Assembly: GCA_043228905.1 (NCBI GenBank)
Contig: JBHGNT010000004.1
Location: 17,484,001-17,548,000, forward strand
Length of the DNA stretch: 64,000 nucleotides
Direction: 5' to 3'
Origin: Azolla caroliniana
Taxonomy: Eukaryota > Plantae > Polypodiophyta
This document shows, one piece after another, positions 23,401 to 34,410 of the stretch. Positions within the stretch are counted from its first letter, which is position 1. The number at the start of each line of letters is the position of its first letter. The position numbers and the translations under genes were made by a program. The notes below the pieces were generated by a model. It worked only from the letters and a program-made list of their open reading frames with translations, was not told the origin of the DNA and made no database searches.

Positions 23401-24242
23401 GGTCACATGGAATGTGGCGCCGGAATCCAGCAACCATGTTCATGCATCGTGTACGTTGTATACGACTTCACTAGTCAACGAGTCTTCCAAGGAGAGGAGT
23501 TCTCCCAACCGGGATTCGGCAACATTGATATGGTTGCTAATCAAAGAATTATTTGAGTCGGATTATCTTGAGTTCTACTGAAATCGTCATCCATTATCCT
23601 TCTCCTTGATCGACCAACAATTGGCAACAGTGTGTCTGACTGTCACGGACACACCAACCCTAGACTATGAAAAAGCATAGATGACGAGGCTACAACCGAT
23701 AAGGTTACGAATGTGGAACTCGACGTGATGGGGATAGAAACTCGGGAAGTTGGGAGTGACGAGATGAGGAACTTAAGACGCTAGGAATAATACAAGAGCA
23801 TAAAGACAGAGATGTAAATCACGGAGAGAAGATGGGTTGAAACGAGAATTCTAGATTGATGTGTCAATGACTGGTGTTGAATCCCTTAAAAAGGACCAAG
23901 GAGGTTACAAGTATTTATATTGTGAGTTGAAGTACATGCATTAGAATATTCGGGAGAATATTCTAGAACCCTTTAGAACTTTCTAGTTCTAGAGCTTTCT
24001 AAAAACTCCTAGAACTTGAAATAGATAATTTACTAATAATCTACTAAAATATAAATAACATGACCATATATTTGGATGGGTTGGTTAGAACACAACACTT
24101 GACTATATACAACAGGTCAAGAGTTCAAATCTTGTCGTCATATTTGTGACATTATCTTCCCCTTTACAACCGCCTTTTCGAAAGTGTGGTGTAGGGGTGA
24201 GCTGAAAGAGAAAACGAAAGTACGTTGAGGTGTGAACGCGGG

Positions 24243-25090
24243 CAACCATGTGTGGTCCTCACTGAAGACTAGACACCAACGTGAGCGTGAGCAACCATGG
24301 TTGGTCCTCACCGAAGACTGGAACACCAATGTGAGCGTGGACGACCATGTGTGATACTCATCGGAGACTCGAACACCAACATGAGCGTGAGCAACCATGT
24401 TCGGTCCTCACTGGAGACTGGAACACCAACGTGAGCGTGAGTGACCATGAGCAGTCCTCATCGGAGATTGGAACACCAACATGAGTGTGAGCAACCATGT
24501 GCGGTCCTCGCCGGAGACTGGGACACCAACGTGCATGTGAGCGACCATGTGTGGTCCTCACCAGAGACTGGAACACCAACATGAGTGAACGACCATGTGT
24601 GGTTCTCACCGGAGACTGGAACACCAACGGATGTGAGCGACCATGTGCGGTACTCACCGGAGACACGAACACCAACGGGCATGAACGACCATGCGTGGTC
24701 CTCACCGGAGACACGAACACCAACAGGTGTGAGAAACCATGTACGTCCTCACCAGGAACTGGAACACCAACGGACGTGAGCGACCATGTGCGGTCCTCAC
24801 CGGAGACACAAACACCAACGGGCGTGAGTGACCATGTGCGGTCCTCACCGGGGACACGAACACCAACAAGCGTGAGAGACCATGTACGGTCCTCACTGGG
24901 GTCACAAACACCAACGGAAATGAGCGACCATGTATGGTCCTCACCGGAGAATGAACACGAACGTGAGTGACCATGTATGGTCCTCACCGGAGAATGAACA
25001 CCAACGTGAGCGACCATGTGCGGTCCTCACCGGAGACAGGAACACCAATGGGCATGAGCGACCATGTGCGTTCCTCACCGGGAACTGGAA
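24243..25090. repeat. Tandem array of ~18 copies of a 43-50 bp unit inside element E
   Basis: Unit approximately CGACCATGTGCGGTCCTCACCGGAGACTGGAACACCAACGTGAGCGTGAG, head to tail. Confidence 0.95.
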
Positions 25091-25682
25091 AACTTGATGT
25101 CGATGAACGCTAGGCAAAGTAATGTTGATGACGACACCAAGAGGTGTTGAAGATGATGATGTCAAAGAAGAAGCAATGAAGACAATGATGTTGAGGAAGT
25201 GTCTCTGGAAGCAATGACTGTGAGTATGGCAATGATGGAAATAGAGAAATAGATAAAGAGGATAAGAAACAGAGAGATCAAGACATTGAGGATAAACAGA
25301 AACACAAAGACAGAGATATACAGGATGATAGAATACACAATGACAGGGACGAAGATGATAAGAAACACATAGATAGGGATGATGATGATAAGAAACACAT
25401 AGATAGAGATGAAAATGGCAGGAAACACAGGGAGAAGGATGACAATGAAAAAAAACGCAGAGATAGGGATGTGGAAGATGATAAGAAGCGCAAAGATAGG
25501 GATGATGATGATAAGAAACTAAAAGATAGAGACAACGATGAGAATAAACTAGGAGATAGAGATGGCAAGGAAGATAGGAAACGAAGGGGGCGTTGATCAC
25601 GGTAACTCTGGAAATATGGATGGTGACGATGGTAATTCTAGAAGCAAGGGCGATGACGAAGACGGGTGATGCTTCTAGTTGG

Positions 25683-25693
25683 AAGGGATTCAA
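25683..25693 (-). promoter_or_regulatory. Putative self-primer binding site of element E
   Basis: Minus-strand TTGAATCCCTT, 2 nt from the 5' LTR end. It lacks the TGG start of tRNA-type sites and is exactly complementary to minus-strand AAGGGATTCAA at 26041-26031, which begins 32 nt after the start of TATAAATA (26073-26066). Confidence 0.8.
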
Positions 25694-26164
25694 ACTGTCA
25701 CAGACACACTAAGAGCGGATTACGATGAAGCACAGATGATGAGGCTATGAGCGACGGATGAACTTGGATCTTGATGTGATGAGGCTAGGAACTCTAGATG
25801 TTGTGAGTGAAATGAGGGCTTGAAGACAAAAATAAAGATCAAGGAGACAAAGATAAGGTTACGAACGTGGAACTCGACATGATGGGGATAGAAACTCAGG
25901 AAGTTGGGAGCGACGAGATGAGGAACTTAAGACGCTAGGAACAATAAAAGAGCATAAGGACAGAGATGTAAATCAAGGAGAGAATATGGGATGAAACGAG
26001 AATACTAGATTGATGTGTCAATGACTGGTGTTGAATCCCTTGAAAGGGACCAAGGAGGTTACAAGTATTTATATTGTGAGTCGAAGTACATGCATTAGAA
26101 TATTCGGGAGAATATTCTAGAACCCTCTAGAACTTTCTAAAAACTCCTAGAACTTGAAATAGAT

Positions 26165-27732
26165 TGTAAAAGAATATGTGTGCGGAAGTGTATGCGAAAC
26201 ACAGAGTACATAGTTCAAGAAATGACAGCTCGGTAAACCACAGAAAACGCAGAGATGGAGAGGGAGAGAGAGAGAGAGAGCAAACAACTCAGTTCTCTTT
26301 CAAAAATAATAACGCTCTATACATATCTCGTGCTCAGTGAGCACCTTTTATACAAACCCTAACTATCGGGCTGACACAAGTACTAACACTACTTGACTGC
26401 TCATAAATGAGCATCATACACTTACTCCCAAAACTATTCCTTACGAGGAATATCATTCTTACGGCCTCTCGGTGTCTGTACCGTTACGGCCATGTTGTGC
26501 GTAACTGTTTTACACACCCGATTACACACCGAATGTCGAGCTTGTCTCTCAACACTCCCCCTCAAGCTCAACTTGAGGTTCCACCTACTCTTCCGGATCT
26601 TCGCTCCGGCCTCTTCTAGCTTTACGCCTTACTCGCGCTCCTCCACCTGTTCGATTTCGCGCGCCTCGACCCTTTCAGTCGGCTTGTCTGCTCGTTTGGC
26701 CCTTCTCAGCTCCTTCGCTGTCGTGGTGTTTGCGCCTCTTCTGCTGCCCTTTTCCCGGCTTGGTCCTCAGTCGATTCATAATGTCCGAATCAAACATTCC
26801 GATTGAACCGAACTCTGCTTATTCAATTCTGCTCTCATCTGAATTGGTTGTCTCCAATTCGTCTTCTGTCTTCAGGCCTTTGACAATGTCTGACCACGTT
26901 TTGATCTTGGCCTTACTTACTCCTTGTTCGGCTGTCTTCGGCTCTTCCCTAAGATTACGGCCCTTGCTTCCTTCTTCGACTTTTTCAACTGGCCCGAAAT
27001 CAAATTCTTCATCCGACTCCACGTCGCGGTCAATTCTGCTCCTTCCATGCTCTTATTCCTGTTCTTCCTTTCTCCCCCTCATGTTCGGTGTGTCGAGGTG
27101 ATGCAACCCAAGCTCACGCGAGAAATGCCGCAACTTGTTGAGACCAAGGGGCTTGGTGAAGATGTCGACAACCTACCGATCCGTCGGACCATACACCGGT
27201 TCGACTTCACCTGAAAGGACCCGCTCGCGGATAAAGTGATAGTGCACCTCAATGTGCTTGGTCCGGGCGTGAAATACGGGGTTTTTCACAAGGTGGACAC
27301 TATTGAGGTTGTCGCAATAGATCGTCGTTGGATCGGACACCTCGACATGCAGATCCCGTAATAGCCACTTTAACCAAATGATTTCGCACATAGCGACAGT
27401 CGCCCCTCGATATTTGGCCTCCGTGCTCGACAGTGCTATTGTCGGCTGCTTCTTACTGCTCCACACGATCGCCGCACTTCCTAATGAGAAGGCGTATCCG
27501 GATGTGGATCTACGATAGTGGGCATTTCCGGCCCAATCGGCATCCGTGTAGCCAACTAACTGTTTGGCTACGCCTGCCCGATACAACAACGCCATGTCTT
27601 TCGTGCCACTCACATATCGCAATATGCTTTGCGCGCACTGAAAGTGTTCGGTCATAGGCTGCGACATAAACTGACTGATTAAGCCGACTGGGTAACTGAG
27701 ATCCGGTCGAGTAATCGTCAAGTAAAGGAGGC
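26165..27732 (-). mobile_element. Ty1/copia element F, 3' fragment (RT end, RNase H, extended tail, PPT, 3' LTR)
   Basis: 3' LTR 26165-26554; PPT TTGAGGGGGAG on minus at 26555-26565; LYLTITRPDLSYPVG...NPVFHARTKHIEVHYHFIRE. Inserted in the 5' LTR of E after TAGAT and truncated inside RT at ~27732. Confidence 0.9.
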
Positions 27733-28502
27733 GCATTATGGGGAAGAGAGTTGTGCGGTACGTTTGGAGGAGGGTCCCGACGACGAGTGTCGTTATGCCG
27801 TCGATTGTTCCGCGAACCTCTGTAAGAGTTTCTACTATCGTTTTGTGAGTACCATTGATCGTAACGGTCCTCCCGGTCGTCGTCGTCGTACTGGTCATAC
27901 TCGTCGTTTGCTCTATATTGGTCATCGCGGTATTGGTCACGATGGTTATCCGATCTCCTGCGGTTGTCGTGGCGATAACGGTCGTCGTCGTGGCGTTGAC
28001 GATCCGGGGATCGTGGTCGCTCGTTATCCCGATGTCGGTATGACTGACGTTTGTCTGGCCGTGAGTAGGTATTGCGCGGCTCGATTTGGCGAACCGAAGC
28101 TGTCGTTGTGCAGTTGAGCATGTTGTATTCACATTGTTCGATCGTGTGAGATCGGGACTGACAGATTGGACAATGTGGCCGGTGAGGGCACTCGAGAGCC
28201 AGATGGCCCGAGCCCGAGCAAGCTGTGCATTGGAGGGCTTGTCGGAACCGATTGTCCTCCTGAGAAAGGGTGCTTTGCAAAGAGCTCATGGAGAAAGTTG
28301 TGCTATGTTGTGTCCGATCGATGGCGAGGACGCGTGCGATGACTTGCTCAATTGTCTGGTTAGAGAAATTGGTAAGTGCGAGAGTCATCCATAGAGGTTC
28401 CTGTGGGCTGGAAAGGGAGGTATCCAGAATGTGATGCACAGAGACATCGTCGGCCAGTTGTCGGTAGAGATCCTGAAACCGGATCGTGAACTAGGCGACC
28501 GT

Positions 28503-29118
28503 TGTCGTGAAGAATTTCGGTCAGAGGCGGAAACCGGGAAACATTGGCTACATCGGCGGGGTGCAGCGTGTGTACGCACCCATGTACATTTAGTGTGAAT
28601 AACGAGGGCGCCTTTATGGCGCCGAAGAGTAGTCAAGTCGGGACAGACGGTCCCATGTAAGTCGGGGTTTATCCCACATTGTAACGCATCCATGTCCTTG
28701 TTCTATAAAAGGAAGGGAACACCCTTTGTGAAAGGGTTGCCCATTTTGCATTAGAGGGTATACCGTTAGGTTTAGAGTTAGTTTCTTCTTCTTCTCCCCC
28801 TTCGTGTTCGCTTAGGGTTTGCTGCAGCTCATCTCCTGCGCAAGACCCCGCTCGGCGCAACGAGCCCGTGAGCTCCCTGACCGGTGGCTTGGCAGCTGAC
28901 GACTACTGTAACCTACCTCGGTCCGGCTCGACGCTGGGAATGTATTCTTCTTTTATATATATATATATATACGTTTGTGTCTGTCTATGTATATTCGCGT
29001 CTTCGTTGGTGTCGGGTGCGTCCCCCTTCCTGCATTTCTTGTACTTAAAGGGGTGAGTCGGGTTGGCCTATGTGTGTGTGTGTGAGTGTGTGTGCGTGAG
29101 TCGGTGTTAAACGCTCTC

Positions 29119-29155
<37 letters not shown>

Positions 29156-29286
29156 TTGGTTGCTTCCAGTGTGCTTCTGGGATGCCCCCGAGACGGTGAA
29201 GCACGACTTCCTACGCTCCATCACTCCCTAGTCCAAAACCCCCTGTGGTCCCGCCTTTCTCCACGCACGCGCGTAACAATGCGACA
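28503..29286 (+). repeat. 5' LTR of element H
   Basis: Near-identical to 33082-33838 apart from microsatellite length ((TA)n, (TG)n, (CT)n) and scattered substitutions. TATAAAA at ~28704. Confidence 0.95.
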
Positions 29287-29290
29287 TCTT

Positions 29291-29308
29291 TGGTGAACCC
29301 GACGTGAA
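29291..29308 (+). promoter_or_regulatory. PBS complementary to the 3' end of tRNA-Trp
   Basis: TGGTGAACCCGACGTGAA is the reverse complement of TTCACGTCGGGTTCACCA, the 3' end of plant cytosolic tRNA-Trp as recalled. Confidence 0.82.
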
Positions 29309-29323
29309 AGGCGGCAAGGGAGG

Positions 29324-30499
29324 ATGGAGTCGGAAGACGACGACCTCGCGGAGATGGTGGCCGTAGTGGTGTTGGAGTCGGCACGAGTGATGATGAGGCG
29401 AGAAGCAGCGCAACAAGCGGTTGAGCGAGTGGTCGAAAGAGTCGGCCGTTTTAGCGGGGACAGAGTCCCATCTTACTTGGAAGCCTACAACGCAGAAATG
29501 GAGGAGTGCGGCGTAGACGAGACGTTGAGGCTGGAGTTCTTCTGTCGGGTTGTAGCTGTCCGGATGCATGCGGAAATAAAGGAGCTCCGTGAGGCTCATA
29601 GTTCGTGGGAGGCCTTCAAAGAGGCGCTCCTGAAGGCATACGGAGGACAGCGGAAGAGCCGGGGACGGCACGACTTCAACCAGTGGGTAGCATCGGCAAA
29701 GACCCACCGGGGCGCTGCCAAGGCGTTTCGAGAGTTCGAGCGGCGGCTTGCTCGGCTCCCGGAGCGGGAACAAGGTTTGGTGGGGGCAGACAAGGTCCTA
29801 TTGTTCGTCAAGTCGATCAACCGAGCGGAACGGGAGGCCATCGGGATTGAGCTCGAAGACGATGATGGAGCGAATGGGCTTACGGAGGACTGGTCGAAGG
29901 TCGGAAGGGTGTGCCAACGACTAGACAATGAGCGAGCCGAGAAGGCTAAGAGGAAGGTACGCGATGGCGTGCCATCACAGCGGGAAGAGGCCGAACGGCA
30001 AAGAGAGTCGGCAAGGGTCGGCATTGGGGCCAGGATTGCGGAGGCGTACGCAGCTCTCGAGGCGATGCTCGAGGAAGAGGAAAGACGGAGGCCGCAAGCC
30101 GAGACTGAGAAGACGGAACGAAACGCCCTCTCGACTTGCGGAGATAGAACGGCCAAGGACGAGGCCGAGATACAGATCGCGGAACCGGAACGTTGGGACC
30201 AGCGGTTTCGGGCGTGTCAGCCCGAGATCCCGGTCATTGGAGAAGCAAGCCCAGACGGGGCTTGCGCGATCGGTAAGAAGACGACCGCCGACCACGAAGA
30301 GTCGGTGGCTACGGACAAGGGCGTAAAACGGACGGGCGATTCTTTGTGTCTTCCCACACTTGCTCCGGGGACGATGGTAGTCGAGCCCGAGTGCCCACGT
30401 GAGTCCCAAGCGGAGGAAGGCGGCGGCGAAAGGCCAAGAATCACCGGCGAGACGATACGGGGAAGGAACGGACGAAAGCCCACGGACCCGATTCCGTAG
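29324..30499 (+). CDS. Gag-like protein of element H (391 aa, uninterrupted)
   Basis: Starts 16 nt after the PBS. Capsid-like N-terminus VGRFSGDRVPSYLEAYNAEM...SWEAFKEALLKAY, then a charged low-complexity tail with no zinc knuckle. Confidence 0.75.
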   Translation: MESEDDDLAEMVAVVVLESARVMMRREAAQQAVERVVERVGRFSGDRVPSYLEAYNAEMEECGVDETLRLEFFCRVVAVRMHAEIKELREAHSSWEAFKEALLKAYGGQRKSRGRHDFNQWVASAKTHRGAAKAFREFERRLARLPEREQGLVGADKVLLFVKSINRAEREAIGIELEDDDGANGLTEDWSKVGRVCQRLDNERAEKAKRKVRDGVPSQREEAERQRESARVGIGARIAEAYAALEAMLEEEERRRPQAETEKTERNALSTCGDRTAKDEAEIQIAEPERWDQRFRACQPEIPVIGEASPDGACAIGKKTTADHEESVATDKGVKRTGDSLCLPTLAPGTMVVEPECPRESQAEEGGGERPRITGETIRGRNGRKPTDPIP

Positions 30500-30799
30500 A
30501 ACTCGGCATTCGGGCCCGTATGCCCATGTAAGACCGAGGAGATGGATGGCGGTACCGAGGAGTCCTGGCACAATGCCAGCGAAGATGGATGGGAAACGGC
30601 CTGTGAGGAGGCCGAGGATGAACGCGGCACGAGGAGATCGGCATTCCGATACGGGTGGAGCGTGATCCGGTCGTGGATCGTTCGATCGGGGCCGGATTCG
30701 GCGTGAAAGTGCCGATACGGAAGGGGGTGCGGGACAAGCCGCCCTCTTTTACATGGGGAGAAAGACCGACCGGGCGAAGGTCGAGAGTTGGAAGGAGAA

Positions 30800-32820
30800 T
30801 GAAAGCCAGTCCTATGGAGTTCCTTACACCAATCCGGCTGCCGGCCCGAGTGCCGGCGTGAGTCCTATAAGAGAGATCGGTGGCGACAGGAGAATGGGAC
30901 TCGGCAATCCAGAGAATGACGAACGGACCCGAGCGAGAACCGGGCGGAGCGGACTCCCGGATGACCATTCCGGGAGGGAGGAAGAGAGATGGCCTACGAA
31001 GAGGCCCAGGACACGGTATGTCGGTACCACGGGAGAGGGTGCGGAACAAAACGCCCTCTCGGCATACGGAAAAGGACGACCCGGGATAGGGTCGGGAATA
31101 CAAATCGGCGATCTACGGAGGATCCTTCACACCGGTTCTAGAGACTTCGGCAGTCGGCAACGCGGTCGACGTAAGACCAAGATATTGATGGTGGCGGTGA
31201 GGTGACGAAGGCAAAGGGGCTACGGATGGGCGGTCTACGGAGGATCCTTCACACCGGTTCTAGAGACTTCGGCAGTCGGCAAAGCGGTCAACGTAAGACC
31301 AAGATACTGACGGTGGCGGCAAGGTGACGAAGGCAAGGGCGTAAGGGAGTCCGGTCCTACGGGATCCCCACACTTAACCAGAGACTCCGGCAGTTTGGCC
31401 AACGTGGCAACATGAGACCGAGAGAGAAGGTTGGTGGCGGCGGGAAACGGGACCTGACTACGTGGAAGACACGAGGAGAGTCCGGGAGGGACTCAAACAA
31501 AAGACACCCGAATTTCGGCAAGCATAGAAACGGAGTCCGGTCCTATGGGACCCTCACACCGATCCAGAGACCCCGGCTGATCGGCCAACGCGGCAACGTA
31601 AGACCGATGGAGAAGGACGATGGCGGCAGGGAACGGGACCCGATGACACGAGGTTTCGGAAGGAGCCGGTAGGGGCAAACACGGGGAGGTGTGTCAGGCT
31701 GGAAAGGCACACCTGGGACAGAACAAGAGTCTCGCAAGTGGCCATCGCGGGCCGGATTGAAGCGTGACTACGGGATGGTGTTCGGCGCGGGCGGGGCTGA
31801 ACGAAGGAAGCGGAAGACGGCACAAGGGAGGTGCCGGGAACGAGGTGACAAGTGCCTAGTGGACTGCACAGGGTCGGGGTCAGGGGATGGCAAGAGAGGC
31901 CGGAGGAGGATCCTCCACACTCGCTTCGTAGATCTCGGTAGCTCCGTCGAAGTAGCGAAGACTGACACGGCAAGCCGGGATGACAAGCTGGTGGGGGCGA
32001 GGGGACGACGGCAAGCGGAAGACTCAGGACCTATCACGGCATCACAAAGACGGGAAGGGCCAAGCGGGCTACTACGGGGTGTTCCTCGGATGCAAAGGAC
32101 ATCGGTATGCGGGTGAGCGGCGATGCACAATCTGGCCGGAAAGGGGGCCGACAAGGAGTGCAACACAGGCAGTGCCAAACAACGGACGAGGGTATGCGGC
32201 ACATGGAGGTGCCGGAGCGGAAAGGCGAGCGCGGAGATAGGTTGCGCGGTTCGGAGGTAGCGCGGAGAAGGCCGGAAAGGGGATCGTCCACACCGTTCCG
32301 GAGACCATGGCGGTTCGAGCCGACGCGGCGATGTAAGACCATGGAGAAGGAAGGTGGCGGCGAGAGGACGAGGGCAACGTGAAACGACATGGGACGACAA
32401 TCAGGACGACGCGAATGATCAACGGAGGCTAAGCGAGCCACTACGGGCATGCCTCCAGCGGAGGACATCGGGCAAACGGAAGACTCAGGACTTGTTGCAG
32501 TAGCACGAAGACGGGAAGGGCCATGCGGGCTACTACGGGGTGTTCCTCGGATGCAAAGGACACCAGTATGCGGGGAGCGGCGATGCACGATCTGGCTGGA
32601 AAAGGGGCCGACAAGGCGTGCAATGAACCGGAGTACGATACAGGCAGTGCCAAACAACGGACGAGGGTATGTGGCACACAGAGGTGCCGGAGCGGGAAGG
32701 CGAGCGCGAAGAAGACCGAAAAGGGATCCTCCACACCGTTCCGGAGACCATGGCGGTTCGAGCCGACGCGACGATGTAAGACCATGGAGAAGGAAGGTGG
32801 CGGCGAGAGGACAAGGGCAT
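30800..32820 (+). repeat. GC-rich degenerate direct repeats filling the pol position of element H
   Basis: ~120-bp units (GGATCCTTCACACCGGTTCTAGAGACTTCGGCAG...GTAAGACC) at ~31111, 31233, 31355 and 31540, plus a ~350-bp duplication ~32010-32378/~32471-32820 that ends in the same motif. Confidence 0.85.
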
Positions 32821-33081
32821 ACGACGGGAGCGGGGCGTTCATACGGCCGAACAAGGGCCAGCGGAGGTACGCGTACTACGGAGATGGTGGCAGAGGACCC
32901 ATCGACGGGTCGAACGAGCCTACGGGGAGGCAAGCGCGAAGGAAGAATCGAAGTCGACGGATCAAACCGGCAGCGAGCCAGGATGCGGATCACGGAAGAC
33001 TGGTTTCTTACCGGCTGAAATCTCTCACCCTTCAACCGGACTTCGCACATACCGATGGATGTGAGGTTAGGTGGGGGCGGA

Positions 33082-33838
33082 TGTCGTGAAGAATTTCGGC
33101 CAGAGGCGGAAACCGGGAAACATTGGCTACATCGGCGGGGTGCAGCGTGTGTACGCACCCATGTACATTTAGTGTGAATAACGAGGGCGCCTTTATGGCG
33201 CCGAAGAGTAGTCAAGTCGGGATAGACGGTCCCATGTAAGTCGAGGTTTATCCCACATTGTAACGCATCCCTGTCCTTGTTCTATAAAAGGAAGGGAACA
33301 CCCTTTGTGAAAGGGTTGCCCATTTTGCATTAGAGGGTATACCGTTAGGTTTAGAGTTAGTTTCTTCTTCTTCTCCCCCTTCGTGTTCACTTAGGGTTTG
33401 CTGCAGCTCATCTCCTGCGCAAGACCCCGCTCGGCGCGACGAGCCCGTGAGCTCCCCGACCAGCGGCTTGGCACCTGACGACTACTGTAACCTACCTCGG
33501 TCCGGCTCGACGCCGGGAATGTATTCTTCTTTTATATATATATATATACGTTTGCGTCTGTCTGTGTATATTCGCGTCTTCGTTGGTGTCGGGTGCTTTC
33601 CCCTTCCTGCATTTCCTGTACTTAAAGGGGTGAGTCGGGTTGGCCTGTGTGTGTGTGTGTGAGTGTGTGTGCGTGAGTCGGTGTTAAACGCTCTCTCTCT
33701 CTCTCTCTTCGGTTGCTTCTGGTGTGCTTCTGGGATGCCCCGGAGATGGTGAAGCACGACTTCCTACGCTCCATCACTCCCTAGTCCAAGACCCCCGTGG
33801 TCCCGGCTTTCTCCACGCATGTGCGTAACAACGCGACA
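33082..33838 (+). repeat. 3' LTR of element H
   Basis: TGTCGTGAAG...GCGACA, followed by TSD CCGT. Confidence 0.95.
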
Positions 33839-34410
33839 CCGTCTCGTGAGGTTCTTGGCTCATGGAAAAGAACTGTCGGAGTAGTTCACGCTTCGGAACT
33901 TCGCGGTGAAATAGTTCTAGAAACTTTGTTCGGACTTCCTGGAATGTTGTGACCTCCCCCACGTCGAGGCGGGAATACCATCGAGCAGTTGGGCCATCGA
34001 GGGATAGAGCAAATTCCGCGATTTTGGAGGACTCAATTTTGGCAGCCGATAACTGCTGCATCGAGTGGCTGGCCTGCCATGTGGACACGGAAGTAGGGTT
34101 GTGCGATTCCGCTTCGGGGCCGTCTATATATCGTGGGTAAGGGTAAGGCATGGTATCGAGATCTGGGTCTTCAGGTAAAGCCGGAAAAGGGTTAGGGTTA
34201 GGTTGGGTGACCTCTAGAGGGCTTGGCGGGGAGATTGGTGCGGAATCAACTCGCGACTGGGTATCGGGTGGCGAGGATTGCAACCGGTGAGCTTTCGATA
34301 ATTCCTGGAAAGATTGGTCAATGACTGCCGAGTCGGAAGTTCCGTCGACTGGATCAGGGTGTCGGGCAGGTGGCCGAAACCGCGTGATGCGATTGGGCGT
34401 CGTAATGGCA

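Larger units (their letters stand above)
14360..23640 (-). mobile_element. Old Ty1/copia element D (heavily decayed pol), interrupted by C and cut at 23640 by E
   Basis: Minus-strand remnants: zinc-knuckle end HTVANCW (~23620), PR AWLLDSGATFHVTP (~23400-23440), INT HTDICGPM (~22850), RT KKSLYGLKQ/LYVDVML (21049-21321) and RH (20447-20640, 14720-14999). RH reads through once C and one CCAAT are removed (TIEAKYIASLEATKEAIWL). Left boundary approximate; no LTR found. Confidence 0.85.
23641..26164 (-). mobile_element. Non-autonomous LTR element E, non-coding, putatively self-priming (Tf1/Tcn1-like)
   Basis: 3' LTR 23641-24151 (TGTCAC...GTGACA), PPT AGGGGAAGATAA on minus at ~24152-24163, and a homologous 5' LTR from 25696 that is cut at 26164 by element F. 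The internal 1.5 kb has only tandem and low-complexity repeats. Confidence 0.88.
28503..33838 (+). mobile_element. Complete non-autonomous gypsy-type LTR element H (gag only, tRNA-Trp PBS, 4-bp TSD)
   Basis: 5' LTR 28503-29286 and 3' LTR 33082-33838 (TGTCG...CGACA). TSD CCGT at 28499-28502 and 33839-33842. PBS 29291-29308, PPT-like AGGTGGGGGCGGA 33069-33081. No PR, RT, RH or INT motifs. Confidence 0.93.
27733..34410 (-). pseudogene. Ty3/gypsy-type gag relic G (no LTRs visible), split by element H
   Basis: Right part 33839-34410: AEFALSLDGPTARWYSRL...TFQEVRTKFLELF...QEPHETV. Left part 27733-28502 has two CCHC knuckles (CTACSGSGHLALEC, CPICQSRSHTIEQC). Removing H plus one CCGT restores the frame: PHETVA*FTIRFQDLYRQL. 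Confidence 0.85.

Noticed and set aside
24358-25693. Repetitive ORFs such as GEDRTWSLTxVGV and the Cys/His/Tyr-rich 250-aa frame
   Set aside because: They are by-products of the 48-bp tandem array and a low-complexity tract. Several frames on both strands are open, and units of 43, 49 and 50 nt break the frame.
25683-25695. Minus-strand GTTTGAATCCC read as a tRNA B box or a tRNA-primed PBS
   Set aside because: No A box or cloverleaf nearby and no TGG start. Exact complementarity to the predicted transcript start explains it better.
27173-28439. 319-aa and 309-aa ORFs as novel fusion genes
   Set aside because: Both cross the deletion junction between gypsy gag G and copia F at ~27732; the upstream gag has a stop and is split by H.
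30399-33215. Many long overlapping ORFs on both strands inside H
   Set aside because: GC-rich reiterated sequence is poor in stop codons; no recognisable domain or consistent frame.
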